Below are positions 35,830 through 48,900 of a DNA stretch of 64,000 nt, in pieces. The stretch's first letter is position 1; each line of letters begins with the position of its first letter. The notes beneath the pieces are model-generated. The model worked only from the letters and a program-made list of their open reading frames with translations. It was not told the origin of the DNA and made no database searches. Source of the stretch: Camelus ferus (lineage: Eukaryota); assembly GCF_009834535.1 (NCBI RefSeq), contig NC_045696.1:111850001-111914000 (forward strand), in the 5' to 3' direction. Both the position numbers and the translations under genes were made by a program.

Positions 35830-38640
35830 TTTTTTTATATTGCAAAATGATCACCACAATAAGTCTAGTTAACATTTATCACCATACATAGTTACATATT
35901 TTTTTCCTTGTGATGAGACCTTTTAAAATCTACTCTTAACAACTTTCAAATATACAATGCAGTATTGTTAACTGTAGTCACCTTGGTGTACATTACATCC
36001 CAAGACTTGCTTATTTTATAACTAGAAGTTTATACCTTTTGACCACCTTCACTTATTTTATGCCTCTGACACCTGCTCTGGCAACCACTAATCTGTTCTC
36101 TTTATCTGTGAGTTTGGTTGGTTTTGTTTTGTTTTAGATTCCATGTGTAAGTGAGATCATGTAGTATTTGTCTTTCTTTCTCTGACTTATTTCACTAAGC
36201 ATAATGCCCTTTAGGTCTATTCGTGTTGTCCCAAATGTCAAGATTTCATTCTTTTTTTATGGCTGATTAATATTCCATTGTATATAAGTACCCCATTTTC
36301 TTTATCCACTCATTTATTGATGGACATTTATGTTGCTTCTTTGTCTTAGCTCTTATAAACAATACTGCAGTGAACATGGGGGTGCATATATCTTTTCAAA
36401 TTAGTATTTTTATTTTCTTGGTATAAATACTAAGGAGTGGAATTGCTAGATCATATAATAATTCTATTTTTAATGTTTGAGGGGCTTCCATATTGTTTTA
36501 GATAGTGACTGCACCAATTTACAATTCCACCAGTGTACACAAGGGTTCCTTTTCTCTACATCTTTGCCAACACTTGTTATTTCTTGTCTTTTTGATAATA
36601 ACCATTCTAACAGATGTGAGGTGATATCTCACTGTGTTTTTGCCTTTCATTTCCCTGAGGTTAATGATGTTGAGCACCTTTTCGTACACCTGTTAGCCAT
36701 CGATATGTCTTTGGAAAAATATCAATTTGGATCCTCAGCCAATTTTTTTTCTTGAATTTTGTTGTGGAATGGTATTTTTATTTTTATTGAGGTATAGTCA
36801 GTTTACAATGTTGTGTCAGTTTCTGGTGTACAGCACAATGCTTCAGTCATACATGAATATACATATATTCATTTTCATATTCTTTTTCACCATAAGCTAC
36901 TACAAGATATTGAATATATTTCCCTGTGCTATACAGTATAAACTTTTTTTTATCTATTTTATGTATACCAGTCAGTATCTGCAAATCTTGAACTCCCAGT
37001 TTATCCCTTCCCACCCTTCTCCTCTCTGGCAACCACAAGTCTGTATTCTATGTCTGTGAGTCTGTTTCTGTTTTATATATAGGTTCATTTGTCTTTATTT
37101 ATATATTTAGATTCCACATATGAGTGATATCATATGGTATTTTTCTTTCTTTTTCTGGCTTACTTCACTTAGAATGACATTCTCCAGGGCCTGGATGTTG
37201 CTGCAAATGGCATTATTTTATCATTTTTAATGGCTAAGTAGTATTCCATTATATAAGTATACCACAACTTCTTTACCCAGTCATCTGTCAATGGACATTT
37301 AAGTTGTTTCCATGTCTTGGCTATTGTAAATAGTGCTGCTATGAACATTGGGGTGCAGGTGTCTTTTTGAATTACGGTTCCCTCTGGATATATGCCCAGG
37401 AGTGGCATTGCTGGGTCATATGGTAAGTCTGTTTTCAGTCCTTTGAGGAATCTCCATACTGTTTTCCACAATGTTTGCAACAAACTCTCAGCCCATTTTT
37501 TAACTTTTTTTTTTTTGCTATTGAATTGTGTGAGTTCTTTATATGTTTCGAGTATTAATCCATTATCAGATACACGATTTACAAATATTTTCCCCCACTT
37601 GTAGATTACCTTTTAATTTTGTTGATGGTTTCCCTTTGCTGTGCAGAAGCTTTTTGATTAGATGTAGTCCCACTTGTTTATTTTTGCTTTTGATGTCAAG
37701 AAAAAAAAAGTTCATCACCGAGACTGATGTCAGGAAGTGTACTGCCTATGTTTTCTTCTAGGAGTTTTATGGTTTCAAGTCTCATGTTCAAGTCTTTAAT
37801 CCATTTTGAATTAATTTTTGTGTGTAGTGTAGGATAAGGGTCCAATTCCGTCCTTTTGCATATGGGTGTCCAGTTTTCTCAACACCATTTATTAAGGAGA
37901 TTGTCCTTTCCCCCTTCTATATTCTCGGATTCTTTGTTGTAAACTAATTGACCATATATACATGGATTTATTTCTGGGCTCTCTTTTCTGTTCCTTTGAT
38001 CTGTGCATGTTTAAAAAAAAAAAAAAGTCAATGCCTTACCATTTTGATAATGATAGCTTTGTAATATAGTTGGAAATTTAGGATATGATGCCTCCAGCTC
38101 TGTTCTTCTTTCTCTGGAATGCTTTGGCAATTTGAAGTCTTTTGTAGTTTCATATAAATTTTAAGATTGTTCTATTTCTGTGGAAAATGTTGAATTTTGA
38201 TCATTATTGCACTGAATCTGCAGATTGCTTTGGAGTGTATGGACATATTAACAATATTAATTCTTCTAATCCATGCACATGGGTAACTTTCCACTTATTT
38301 TTGTTTTCAATTTCTTAAGTCAGTGTCTTATAGTTTTCAGTGTACAGTTCTGTTACCTTTTCGGTTAAATTTATTCCTAGATAATTTAATTTTTGTTGTT
38401 GTTGCAATTGCAAGTGGGATTGTTTCCTTAATGTTTTTTTCCTGATAGTTTGTTGTTAGTTTACAGAAACATAACAAATTTTTGTATGTTGATTTTGTAT
38501 CCTGCAACTTTATTAAAATTTTAATTAGTTCTAATAGTTTTTTGGTGGAATCTTTAGGATTTTCTCTATATAATATCATTTCCTCTGCAATTAGTGACAT
38601 TTTAATTTTTTTCTTTCTGATTTGGATGTCTTTTAGAGAA
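35830..38640 (-). mobile_element. L1 (L1MA-like) 3' UTR through a degraded ORF2 RT region, intron 1
   Basis: Minus ORF 38337..38669 'IKMSLIAEEMILYRENPKDSTKKLLELI' is the degenerate FADD region; 3' UTR begins ~35830; interrupted at 36749-37486. Confidence 0.92.
36749..37486 (-). mobile_element. Younger L1 nested inside the older L1
   Basis: ORF 37169..37483 '[10 protein letters not shown]...[14 protein letters not shown]...[18 protein letters not shown]' is the L1 ORF2p C-terminus; TSD CTCAGCC(A/C)ATTTTTT at 36734 and 37487. Confidence 0.92.
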
Positions 38641-40125
38641 AATCTATATTTTCTTTTTGTGGTGAACATTTAAGTATTTCTTATGATATTAAGTATCCCT
38701 CATCTTCTAACTCTCTCCTTGTGCCTTGATTTGGAAGGGCATTTCTGGAGGTGAATTGGTGGGTGACACATTGTTGGTTTTTGTTTTCATTGATGATAAG
38801 TAGATAACATGGCCCTCTCCATAGTCATATAGGTGAAATATGGCTAAAATGAATATCAAAGCATGGCAGCCTTGAGGGAGAAAAGAAGAGGAGATAGTAT
38901 AAAGGATAATATGAAGTCTGAGGGAATCATTTATAGAAGATAAGAGAAGGGGCTTCTTGCTGAGCTTTTGCTACTTCCACCCTTGCCAGCTTGGTGATGG
39001 TGAGATTTCTGTGCCTGTTGTGTGACTGAGTAGCTCAGTTCCTTTTTTGCACCAACTGGCAAACCATCTCCTTTCCCCTCTTCAGAAGCAGTTTCATTCT
39101 TCCACAGGAAAATAGAAACTGTGGGTGATTGCCCCAAATTGCTGTATCTCAATTTCTGGTGTACAGCACAATGTGTGTCAATTGAATGGAAGAATGGAAG
39201 AATCTTTCTTTTTACAGAATGATCTTGGTACATCTTATTTCTGAAATTAGGAGTTAACGTGTTTCTTTTTCTTCTGGTTGTTGAAGTATTCTTGATAAAG
39301 ATTGAGTCTTCAATAAGTATTAAGCTTGCATTAGGAGTTAGCATTATTGCAAAGGTGCTATAAAATAGACTAGTATTTTAAAATAGATTTTATGTGTTTT
39401 TATATTTTTGATACAATTTAAAAATTCTCAATAATGCATTGTTTAATATCGCAGCCAGCTTTTGAACTTTAGAAAAAATCAATTATGGCACTGTTATATG
39501 TGTAAATCACAAATAATACAATTAAAACAACTTTTATGTATGTGGAGGATATTTTTAAATATGGGTTTATTTTGCATTTTCATGTTTTCTGTGGGAACGA
39601 AAATGTTGCCCTGAATGCTTAGATTCCATTGTAACTGGGTGCTGGAGTTATTTATTACTATAAATAATTTGGTGATTTGTCCGTACAAGCAAAGACAGTA
39701 AAATAAATTACAAATAAACTTAACTCATAAATTTTCCATTTTATCAAACCTTAATGAAAATTTATTCAGAATGTTCTTGGTAATTGATTATTTTTAAGGG
39801 CATACTATTAATTTTTATTCAACATGTAATAGTGCAATTATTATAGTACAAGGCATTTTATTGCTATGAATGTATAAGATAAGAAGTTAAATCATTTTTA
39901 AATAAAAAAACCTCTTGTTTTCAACATTTAAAATGAGCATAATTTTCTTAGCCTGTAGATATCAATTATATATCACTCTCCTTTATCATCTGGAATTGAG
40001 TGATTTTTATAAACATCTAGATATGAGTTTGCTGGGCTGTTTTTGTTGAGGCTAATTTCTTGATTTCTATTGAAATATTATCAGCAACAATGTTTTAACT
40101 GAATTTCTACTCAGAGTGACTTTTT

Positions 40126-40212
40126 AAAAATATTTTTTTCTGATATTTTCAAATTTTTGTTTAAATTGAAGTATAGTCAGTTTACAGTGTTGTCAATTTC
40201 TGGTGTACAGCA
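40126..40212 (-). mobile_element. Micro L1 insertion
   Basis: 'attgaagtatagtcagtttacagtgttgtcaatttctggtgtacagca' flanked by GACTTTTT repeats at 40118 and 40213. Confidence 0.7.
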
Positions 40213-43200
40213 GACTTTTTTTTTCTTTGAAAGAGCTAGAGATAGTGATATTTATATCTGCAGAGAAGGTAATCAATGAATTTTTCTCATTTAACTTCTC
40301 TGTTTTCAGGCCAAGGGTTTTTGTATTCACACCTGTTCTGGGGTGGGGTCATCCCATTGCATGGGGAGGGGGAGGAAGTTGCCCCATCTCCCCTTACTGT
40401 CAGATTTTGATCTTTAGTGGTCTGGACAGTATTCAGTGGGCAACTTACCGCTAATAAACAGATGCTGCAAGAGACCATTAAATCCAGGCTTCTGTCAGAA
40501 AAGCTGACAGACCTCTTGGGAGAGAGCCTCCTGTGTTTGCTGCCCGTGAGTCAGTGAGCAGTGCAGGCTGCTGCTAGTTGAGAGTAGAAAGGTAAGAGAC
40601 AAACCTGGCCATAGTGTTGATTTCTGCTTTGTGCGCTGCCAAGACTGCCCGGCTTGTTTGGTTTGGTTTCACTTACCTTTTTGCCTAGATTTTAGTGAGA
40701 AAGTTAGGACTGCAGAAATAAAAAGTAGATACAAACAGTGCCCCTAGAAAGAAGACACTTTTTATTTTAGCTTAATTATGTTTTCACGTATGTAGGTTAG
40801 TAAGCTTATAAAATACTTTAGTATATATTCATTGTAGAAAATGTCTATTAGAAAAGAAAATGAAAATGACCCAGGTTTCTACTTCTTATAAATAACCTTT
40901 TTGATATTCTGTTGGATATATTTCATATTTTTTCCTAGGCATGTATATGTTGTGTATAATTTTTTTCTGGTGAAAATGGGCTCATTTTTTATATTCTTTT
41001 TGTAACTTTTGTTCACTAAAGAGTATAGTTTTAATAAGCTACTAATTTTAAAATGCTTGATTATATATAATTTTATATAAAAGTTTAGAAATAGAAGTTT
41101 ATAATTAACACAGGTATTTTTGATATATGTAATTGAAAATATTTACTCAATGAAATATCCAGGTTTAAAGGTTTATGTGAAGTTTTAGGAATTATTTAAT
41201 ATAATTGAGAGTTAATTTGAAGTATCTATAGATCATCTATTTTATTATGATATTCTATAAATAATGCATATTCCTTAATGCTTTGCTTGACTTGAAATAG
41301 AATGATACTGCTGTTTTTTCTTTCCTCAACACTTGTCATACGACATTTAGGAAAAAATATTTTGGCATCAAATGTTTTAAGTATACTGTCACACTTATTT
41401 TCTAATATATTATTCCTAGAGAAAATTACAAATAGTAATCTGACAAAGCTGAAGACATTTTACATATTCTCTGATTTTTGAGACATTATCCTAGCAAGAA
41501 TAACAACTTTTGAACTTTAGACATGGTAGGGGCAGGCCAAACATTCCTTACACTCATATTCTCATATACCCATTTGGAGACTGGTTGTAAGGGGATATGA
41601 AGAAAGTTTTTAATTCTTGAAAAAAGTATTGAGGAAGGGCTTTACCCCTGTTTTCCATACCGGTGTGCTATTTTAGCTCAGTGTTAATCAGGGCCAAAAG
41701 TAGAAGCCTAAATTAGGTAGACATGAGCCTCTATTTGAGTCGAATCTGAAAAATATTTTCTTTGTGGTGAGATTTGTTTTGGAGGAGTAGCCTGGGATAG
41801 GAAGGCCTTTACCTGCATGGTTGTTACAAGTTCCTGACCTTTATGCCAAAATTGCAAACGGTTCTAAGTTAATGGTAAGAAGTTAATGTTACCTACCTTT
41901 GAATGCATGCATTTATCATCTCTTAAGCACTTTCTTAAAGATTGTGGTCTTAGCCATTATGATCTTTGTTCTAACTATTCTGAGGATGCATTTAAAAAAA
42001 AACAGTTATGTTTTTATTGGTATATTTGTTTCTATAAACTAATCAGTTATCTCATCATGAAAAGCAAGGAACATGATTAGGAATTTGGAGACTGTCTAGC
42101 ATTTAAAAAACATAGTTTCTCTTTTTGGCCAGCTACTTCATCGTCTAACTCTTGACAGAAATAGAATATGAAGATTTTATGAAACAATTATTTTCTTGTG
42201 TCCAAAGCTACTTTTGGCTCTGAGCAGTGTTAATGGATAACCTTATAAATGAAAGAATGTATAAGAAAATCTCTTTAATTTTATGTAAAATTTATATCAT
42301 TGGAAGATTATAATTGATGTTTGAATTTCCATAGACAAAAGGTAAAATTCTTGTCCTGGTTTAGACTACTCAGAGATTATGTTTTGATTTTTGAACATAA
42401 ATTTGACATATCTTTAAAAACAATAACTTTGAAGGTGGTGGTATGGCTATGTTTAGGTCTTTAATTGAAGTGGTATATTGCTTATTCAAATGCACAAAAC
42501 CTTTCTGTCTCTTATTATCTTCTCATTGTTTCATTTCTACTACAACTCAGGGACCTATGGAGATATCTCATTGTGTCTTATATTTGAGTAATTTTTTGAC
42601 TCTGAAAACAGGCCATCATAATAACTTTCTTTTAGTGAGATGTCTTACTTCTCAGCATTAGGGAATTCCAGAAGGAGAGAGATGTGTTCTCTGCTGCTAT
42701 TAGGAAAAAGGGAAATCTCCAGACGTTGGGAATTTGCATTTGGGATCCTTGTCTACTGTAGGAATTAGAATTAGAATCGCCCAGTTTTGCCTCCTTGGAA
42801 CTGGCAGAGAAACTGGAATCATAGGGTGCCTCAGTAAGGGGCACCAGGTGCTGATATGTAAGGAATTATTGACATGACCTACAGATGTGTGAAACTTGAG
42901 ATTTCATAAAACCATGCTTTGTATTCTCGGTCATATCAGTATATACTAGCCACATAGGTGACTATTTTGTGTAGGTTATTTTTGCCCACCCTTTACTATA
43001 GTCTTCAGTAGCTTAATGGCAGGGACCTTACATCTGGAAGCTTTTGGGACCCCTTGAGCCAGCCAGGTTCAGTCATTGTAAACCTATAACCTAATCAGAC
43101 CTCACATTCCTTGGAAAGTTTTGAGGACTGTAAAAAATTAACCTGATATGTTACAGAATTGGGAAGTATTTCTATTTCTAGATTGAGTAGTTGTAGGCCG

Positions 43201-43442
43201 TTCTCGCTATTCTGGTGACTATATACCTACTTTTTGGATTCAGTCAAAACTGCAGTTTCACACTATATTATAAAAAGAACTAGACTGTTAGTAGACAGAT
43301 CTGTGTTCTCTTTAGGACTTAAAAATCAATGAGCCTGAAAGATAATTTTGTTGTTAAAGATAAAATCTATGTCATGTGTCCATATACATTTTAGTTTACC
43401 CCTTGGTAGGTTATTTAAATTTGATTTTTTGGTTAATTTTAG

Positions 43443-43613
43443 ACTCTTTTTGATCAGAACAATGCTGCAAAAAGAGAAGAGTCAGAAATTGCAAACAAAA
43501 ATGATCCTTCGAAGAAGTTGTCTGTCGAGAGAGTGTATCAGAAAAAGACACAACTTGAACACATTCTCCTTCGACCTGATACATACATTGGATCTGTGGA
43601 GCCACTGACACAG
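43443..43613 (+). CDS. TOP2B: TOP2B exon 2 (TLFDQNNAAKREESE...GSVEPLTQ); alternative acceptor starts the exon at 43458
   Basis: Acceptors ttttag|ACT and gatcag|AAC; donor CAG|gtaatt; contains YQKKTQLEHILLRPDTYIGS. Confidence 0.97.
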
Positions 43614-43929
43614 GTAATTATTATATTTTATTGAAATTAGGGGATGTCTCTCTATATCTGCTTTTTAAAAATTTTTGTAATTATGTGCTTTGTGAGTACA
43701 TAATTTCATGTCTCTGATAATAAGCAAAATAGGGGAAGAGAAATCTAAGAGGTAGAAATGTTTTCATTTCCTGCTAGAGATTTAAAAAATTAGGAGAAAA
43801 AAACTATCAGAAACACATAGAGTATAGAGAAGAAGTATACAGTAAAATGGTGCTATATGAACTTTTTAAAAGTTCTTAAGTTCATGCTGTGGTTTACTTT
43901 AAATTCTAGAATTTATATATACACATTAA

Positions 43930-44130
43930 TGATTTTGTTTAATGCTTACTGTGGACTTGGCTAGCACACATTATCTTATTTGATTTTACCAATTTGGAAA
44001 CTAGGTACTGGTATCTCCATTTTATAAATGAAAGCACTGAAGTTTAAATAAATTTCAGTAACTTGCTCAGGTCTCTCAACTAGTGAGAGCTGAGATTCAA
44101 AGCTAGGTGTCTTTGACTCCAGAGGCATGG
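43930..44130 (-). mobile_element. MIR SINE (intron 2)
   Basis: 'tctccattttataaatgaaagcactgaagttta...agtaacttgctcaggtc...agctgagattcaaagctagg...tgactccagag'. Confidence 0.7.
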
Positions 44131-44515
44131 TGTGTTCATATTATTTTGCTCTGTGCTACTTATAGTATAGAGAAGTATAATGTATGAAGTAAACATGTAA
44201 ATATATGGGTTTTTTTTTTCTATTTGGTTTAAATAGCATTTCTCACAATTTTTCGTGCCTTATATTAAAACTGACTTTATTTGTGTATGAGTAAGAATAC
44301 AGATTAGATACAAAATGAACAAGTTCTCAATTTTGAGGCTATTTAAATTGAATATGAATACAGTGAGGTTGACTGTAACTGAAGTAGAATGTTTTTCTAC
44401 TTTGAAGGTCTAAGTAATTACAGAGCAAATGACAAAGGTAGATTTATGCCTTGTGAAGTTGATGGTAAACACTGTTTTACTTCATCAGTTCTTTTGAATT
44501 TTTCTTTCGATGCAG

Positions 44516-44606
44516 CTAATGTGGGTGTATGATGAAGATGTAGGAATGAACTGCAGAGAAGTTACCTTTGTGCCAGGTTTATACAAGATCTTTGATGAAA
44601 TTTTAG
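44516..44606 (+). CDS. TOP2B: TOP2B exon 3 (LMWVYDEDVGMNCREVTFVPGLYKIFDEIL)
   Basis: tgcag|CTA ... TTAG|gtgagt; 91 nt. Confidence 0.97.
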
Positions 44607-45908
44607 GTGAGTACTTGCTTAAGATTTAATGCATCTGTTTTTAGTGGTATCATTGTAATGTCCATATACATATAAAGCCAGATTTGTTAATTTAAAAGGA
44701 TGTCTCTGGCTTTTATGCTGAATATGAATGTTCCATTCAGAAAATTTATATCACCTGCGGTAACAGTTTTGTATCTCTGTGCATCATATCTTTGTGTCTC
44801 AGTTTGTTTGTCTATAAAATGTGTTGTATTTGATCAATAATTCCAAGGTTAGTCTGTGGTCCTGTATGTGCAGTCATCTGGGGGTTGCTTGCATCCCAGG
44901 CATCTGGGAGGGCGTGTTAAAATAGAGATCAGTTAGTTTGAGGTGAGACATATAAAACTTGTGTTTTTCACCAACAAATCTGGTGTTTCTGTTGGGCAAC
45001 CAGGTTTAACAACCATTATTCTAAATATCTCTGGCCTTTCCAAGTCATATGATTAATTAAATCACAGCGAAGTGTGGATGCCTAATTGACTCCTAGGGAA
45101 TGCTTGCACCTTGGAAATGTTTTTAGCCAAGAATTCTCTGTAGAGACCTCATCAGAACCACTTGAGGTTTCCTAGATGGCTGGGTTGTATGGATCTTCAG
45201 AGCTAACTTCAGTCTTTGGGAAATGATAGACGAGTAAAACTTCTTACTTATGTTTTATACTTTTCACTCTTGCCTCCCAGCTACCTACCAGTTTTAATTT
45301 TAGGTTACACAGTGTTTATCAGGAATATATTCCTTCTGTGCTTGAAGATCAATTTGACAGCTAGCTTGCATTCAGGTTTTACTAAAGCAGGAGTTAATAT
45401 ATGCAAATATATTATCATCAGTTATAGTTCATAGGAGTTAAAATTTTGACTTCCAAGGGTGCTAAAGACTGCCTTTATAATTCAAAAATAACTGGTTGCA
45501 GCTCAGTCTGTCTATAAAATCACTAGTTTATTGAAAGAGATCAAGAGAAAATAGTTATTACCAAAATAAAATGTAATTAAACCCAATTTTTTACTTTTAG
45601 ACCTGGATAGGGGATTGTAAACTAAAGATGTTTGGTTTTTTTTTTTTTTAATTTGTTTTTATATATCACAAAATCACCCCCCCACCTTGTTTTGTGGTAG
45701 AAGACATAACAGTAATTTGGTGTGACATAAAATTTAAAAATACTGTTTGGAAAATAAGGTTTTGCATTAGAAGTTAGCAGTGGTTATTTTGACTATTACT
45801 GTATGTAGACGTTTACATTAAGGAGTGATGCACATGCAGCTGTGTCCATATATGTTTATTGTAGCTTTTTATATATTTTATTACTCATCAAAATATTTAA
45901 TTTTGTAG

Positions 45909-45972
45909 TTAATGCAGCTGACAATAAGCAAAGGGATAAGAACATGACCTGTATTAAAGTTTCTATTGATCC
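45909..45972 (+). CDS. TOP2B: TOP2B exon 4 (VNAADNKQRDKNMTCIKVSIDP)
   Basis: tgtag|TT ... CC|gtaagt; 64 nt; GHKL N-box. Confidence 0.97.
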
Positions 45973-48900
45973 GTAAGTATATTTCAAGTTTAATTTTTTT
46001 GTGCTAAGTTGTCTTGTTCAGATAGTTCCCAACTTACGAATATTCCTGAAATGAATAATGCCTGCAGTTAGTACCCTTTGGTTTCCTGTAGCTTGAGACC
46101 TTGTTATTTTTGCCACTTTTAACCAGAATGCTATATACTTGTATAGTTTCCTCTGTCATTCATGAACTTTTTCTCCAACATACTTCCTTATGGGAGCACT
46201 TAGAGACCATTTTCCTCCCTCTTTGATGCTTTGGGTGTTGTTTCAGCTGCTAGAATAGCCACTCGATCTTTTCTTTCTTACTTTTGCTTTGGTACTCAAG
46301 GCTAAGGGCTGTTGCTAGTACTATTCCAGTTACGTTATGGGTTAAATTAATTTTTTCTTGACCAGTATTTGGACTTTTCCATAATTTATAACACCATTTG
46401 TAAATTGAGAACTGCTGATTTTATAGAATGTATACCAGGTGTTCAGCTAATCACTATGATGATTTTTTGGAGGACTGAGGGGGACTGAAAATAATAAAGT
46501 TTTAAGTTAGAAATACAGGTGTTAACATTTACCCTGTTTCACCGGTATGCCTTTTGTAAGGTATTACTTATCCTTCGTAAGATATTCGCTCGAAATTTAG
46601 CGTGATCTAAAATTTTTTCTTTAACATGAAAATTTAATAATTCAGTTATATTAATAATAATCTAATTTCAGAGGGCTTGGTTAAGATTAATGGCATAATA
46701 AAAACATGATTTATATTTGGTTACACCATGAAGTTGACTGCATTTTATATGAAAATATTACCACATAACTATACTGTTGAAGTTCTTGGTTTTTCTTTTT
46801 CTTCCTTTTTTTTCTTATTTATTTTTCACTTTCATCATTTTTATAATGAGTACATTTTTGAGAATTTATATCGTAAGATGCACAGGATACTTGTAAGTTA
46901 TAGCTTATGCAGACATTTAAGATAGTTTTAAGGAAATTTTAACTGTTAAGATTTCTTTTTTTCCATGTTTAGGAAATGGTCAATTTAAAATGATACTATG
47001 TTTTAGGAGAGGTAGTAAGGAGTAATAGATGTTGAATGTTTGATATCTTTAAGCTTTTTAAAAATCAGAGCTGAAACATTTTGATTGAAAACTAAGGAAG
47101 AGGGCCTTTTCTTAAATACATTATTGATGAACATGGTTACAGTTAATTTGGTTCTTATTTGTTTTGGCCACATTGATCTCTCAATATGGACTTAAAAAAC
47201 AGCTTACATAGAATTCCATCATAGCAAAGTAATCAAGAACGGCTCCTGGTGGCATGTTTTACCTTTAAGTTTATTACAGGTTCTGGACAAAGTAATTGTA
47301 TGTAGCTAGTGCCTTTATTGCTGTCTTTCAATTCCCTTTTCATTCAACACACATTTTAGTGTGAACGTAAGAGTGACATAATTAAATTTATTTGGTTCTT
47401 AATGGCAATCAGATATCAGTGCTTTTTTCTTATTTATCTCTACGTCATTTTCACTGCTTCTGCTAGAAAGTTCTTTTATTTCAAAACAAAACAAAAATTC
47501 AGATGGCTACTACAAGGAAGAAAGGGTGAAGATAGTATATTTTTCACCTCTCCTTTCCTGTTTTACCTTTTTTGTTTACAAATTATTGATGAGAGACTAT
47601 TGAGTATTTCTCCTTTTAACTGAAATATATATTTTATACACACACAGATATATATATTTAAAGTTGGCAGTAGATAAAAATTTTGGGAGATGTTGCTGAT
47701 CCTTATATTTCATTATTTATTTATATTTTATTTCTGAATTTTATCAACATTTTGTCCTTTGTGAATTTTCTCCCATAAAGTCATTCTTTATATTTTTCCT
47801 TTATTACATATATACAGAATTAATGCTATTTTTATTAAGATAGTTTTATTTCAGAGATGTAATTTTTGCTTAAATTAGATTTCTAACTTAAGAGGTCATT
47901 TTAAGACAGAATTCGGATGGGGAAAAGTACTACTAGGCTGTTAACCCATTTTTCTCTGCTGTCCATTTTTTATATTCTTTGAGTTTCGTTCTTTTTAACA
48001 TTTTTGTACCGGAGATTTAATTTTCTTTGTGCATGTGTGTATGTGAACTTTTTGTCTGAAAGAGAGGTTAAATTTTGATAGTGGGTTAAGTGTGGAGTAT
48101 ATACAGCATAGCTTAGCTCTTACTCTTTCTCTTTCAATAGTACACTATGATGTGGAGATAAAATTTAAGTAAGCAGCCATGGTTGTAAAAGACTAGCAAG
48201 GAATAGTCTAGCAAGCAATGCTATGCAAAATTTGGACATCAGTTCTAGAAAGTTAGAGAATTTGAAGCAACTTCTTACAGGGGAGCTTAACACCCACAAC
48301 GGTTAGTATTGAAACAACTTATTTGCCGGCATCTATTTGATTAAAAACAAACAAATGTTGAAAGCACATCAACCAGAGTTCTAACTATTCCTCTAGTTTA
48401 AGTATTCTTGGGTTGAAACTTCTAAAGCTGTAGCTTAAAAAAAATAATATACACTAATACTGAAATATATATACATATAGGTATACATTAAAAAAAATGG
48501 GCTTCTATATACTATTTTGTGTCTTGCTATTTTTATTTGACATACTGTGGACAGTCTTCCTTATTAACTTGTGTAGATCTACTTAGTTCTTTTTAACTGT
48601 ACCTAGGTATTTTATTATGTCATCATGTCATAATTTATTTAACCTCTTTCCAGTTGATGAATGTTGGATATTTAGATTGTTTTCCAGGTTTCTTTTTAGC
48701 TTTAATTATTTTGAAACTTTATTTGTAGTTTATTCAACACATCATTCTTTTTCTGAATATTTCTCTGAAAATTATTGTTAGAGCCAAAAAAAAAAAAGGT
48801 TTCAAAAGAATTCTGAATCATTGTTTAGAGATTACAGAAATAAGTACCAGATCTAGGAAGTGAAAGATTGAAATTTTGTAATAGAGGTGACCTTGAATAG

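Noticed and set aside
37169..38669. L1 ORF2 fragments as a functional or domesticated reverse transcriptase
   Set aside because: They are fragmented, come from two separate insertions, and the catalytic FADD is degenerate (IAEE).
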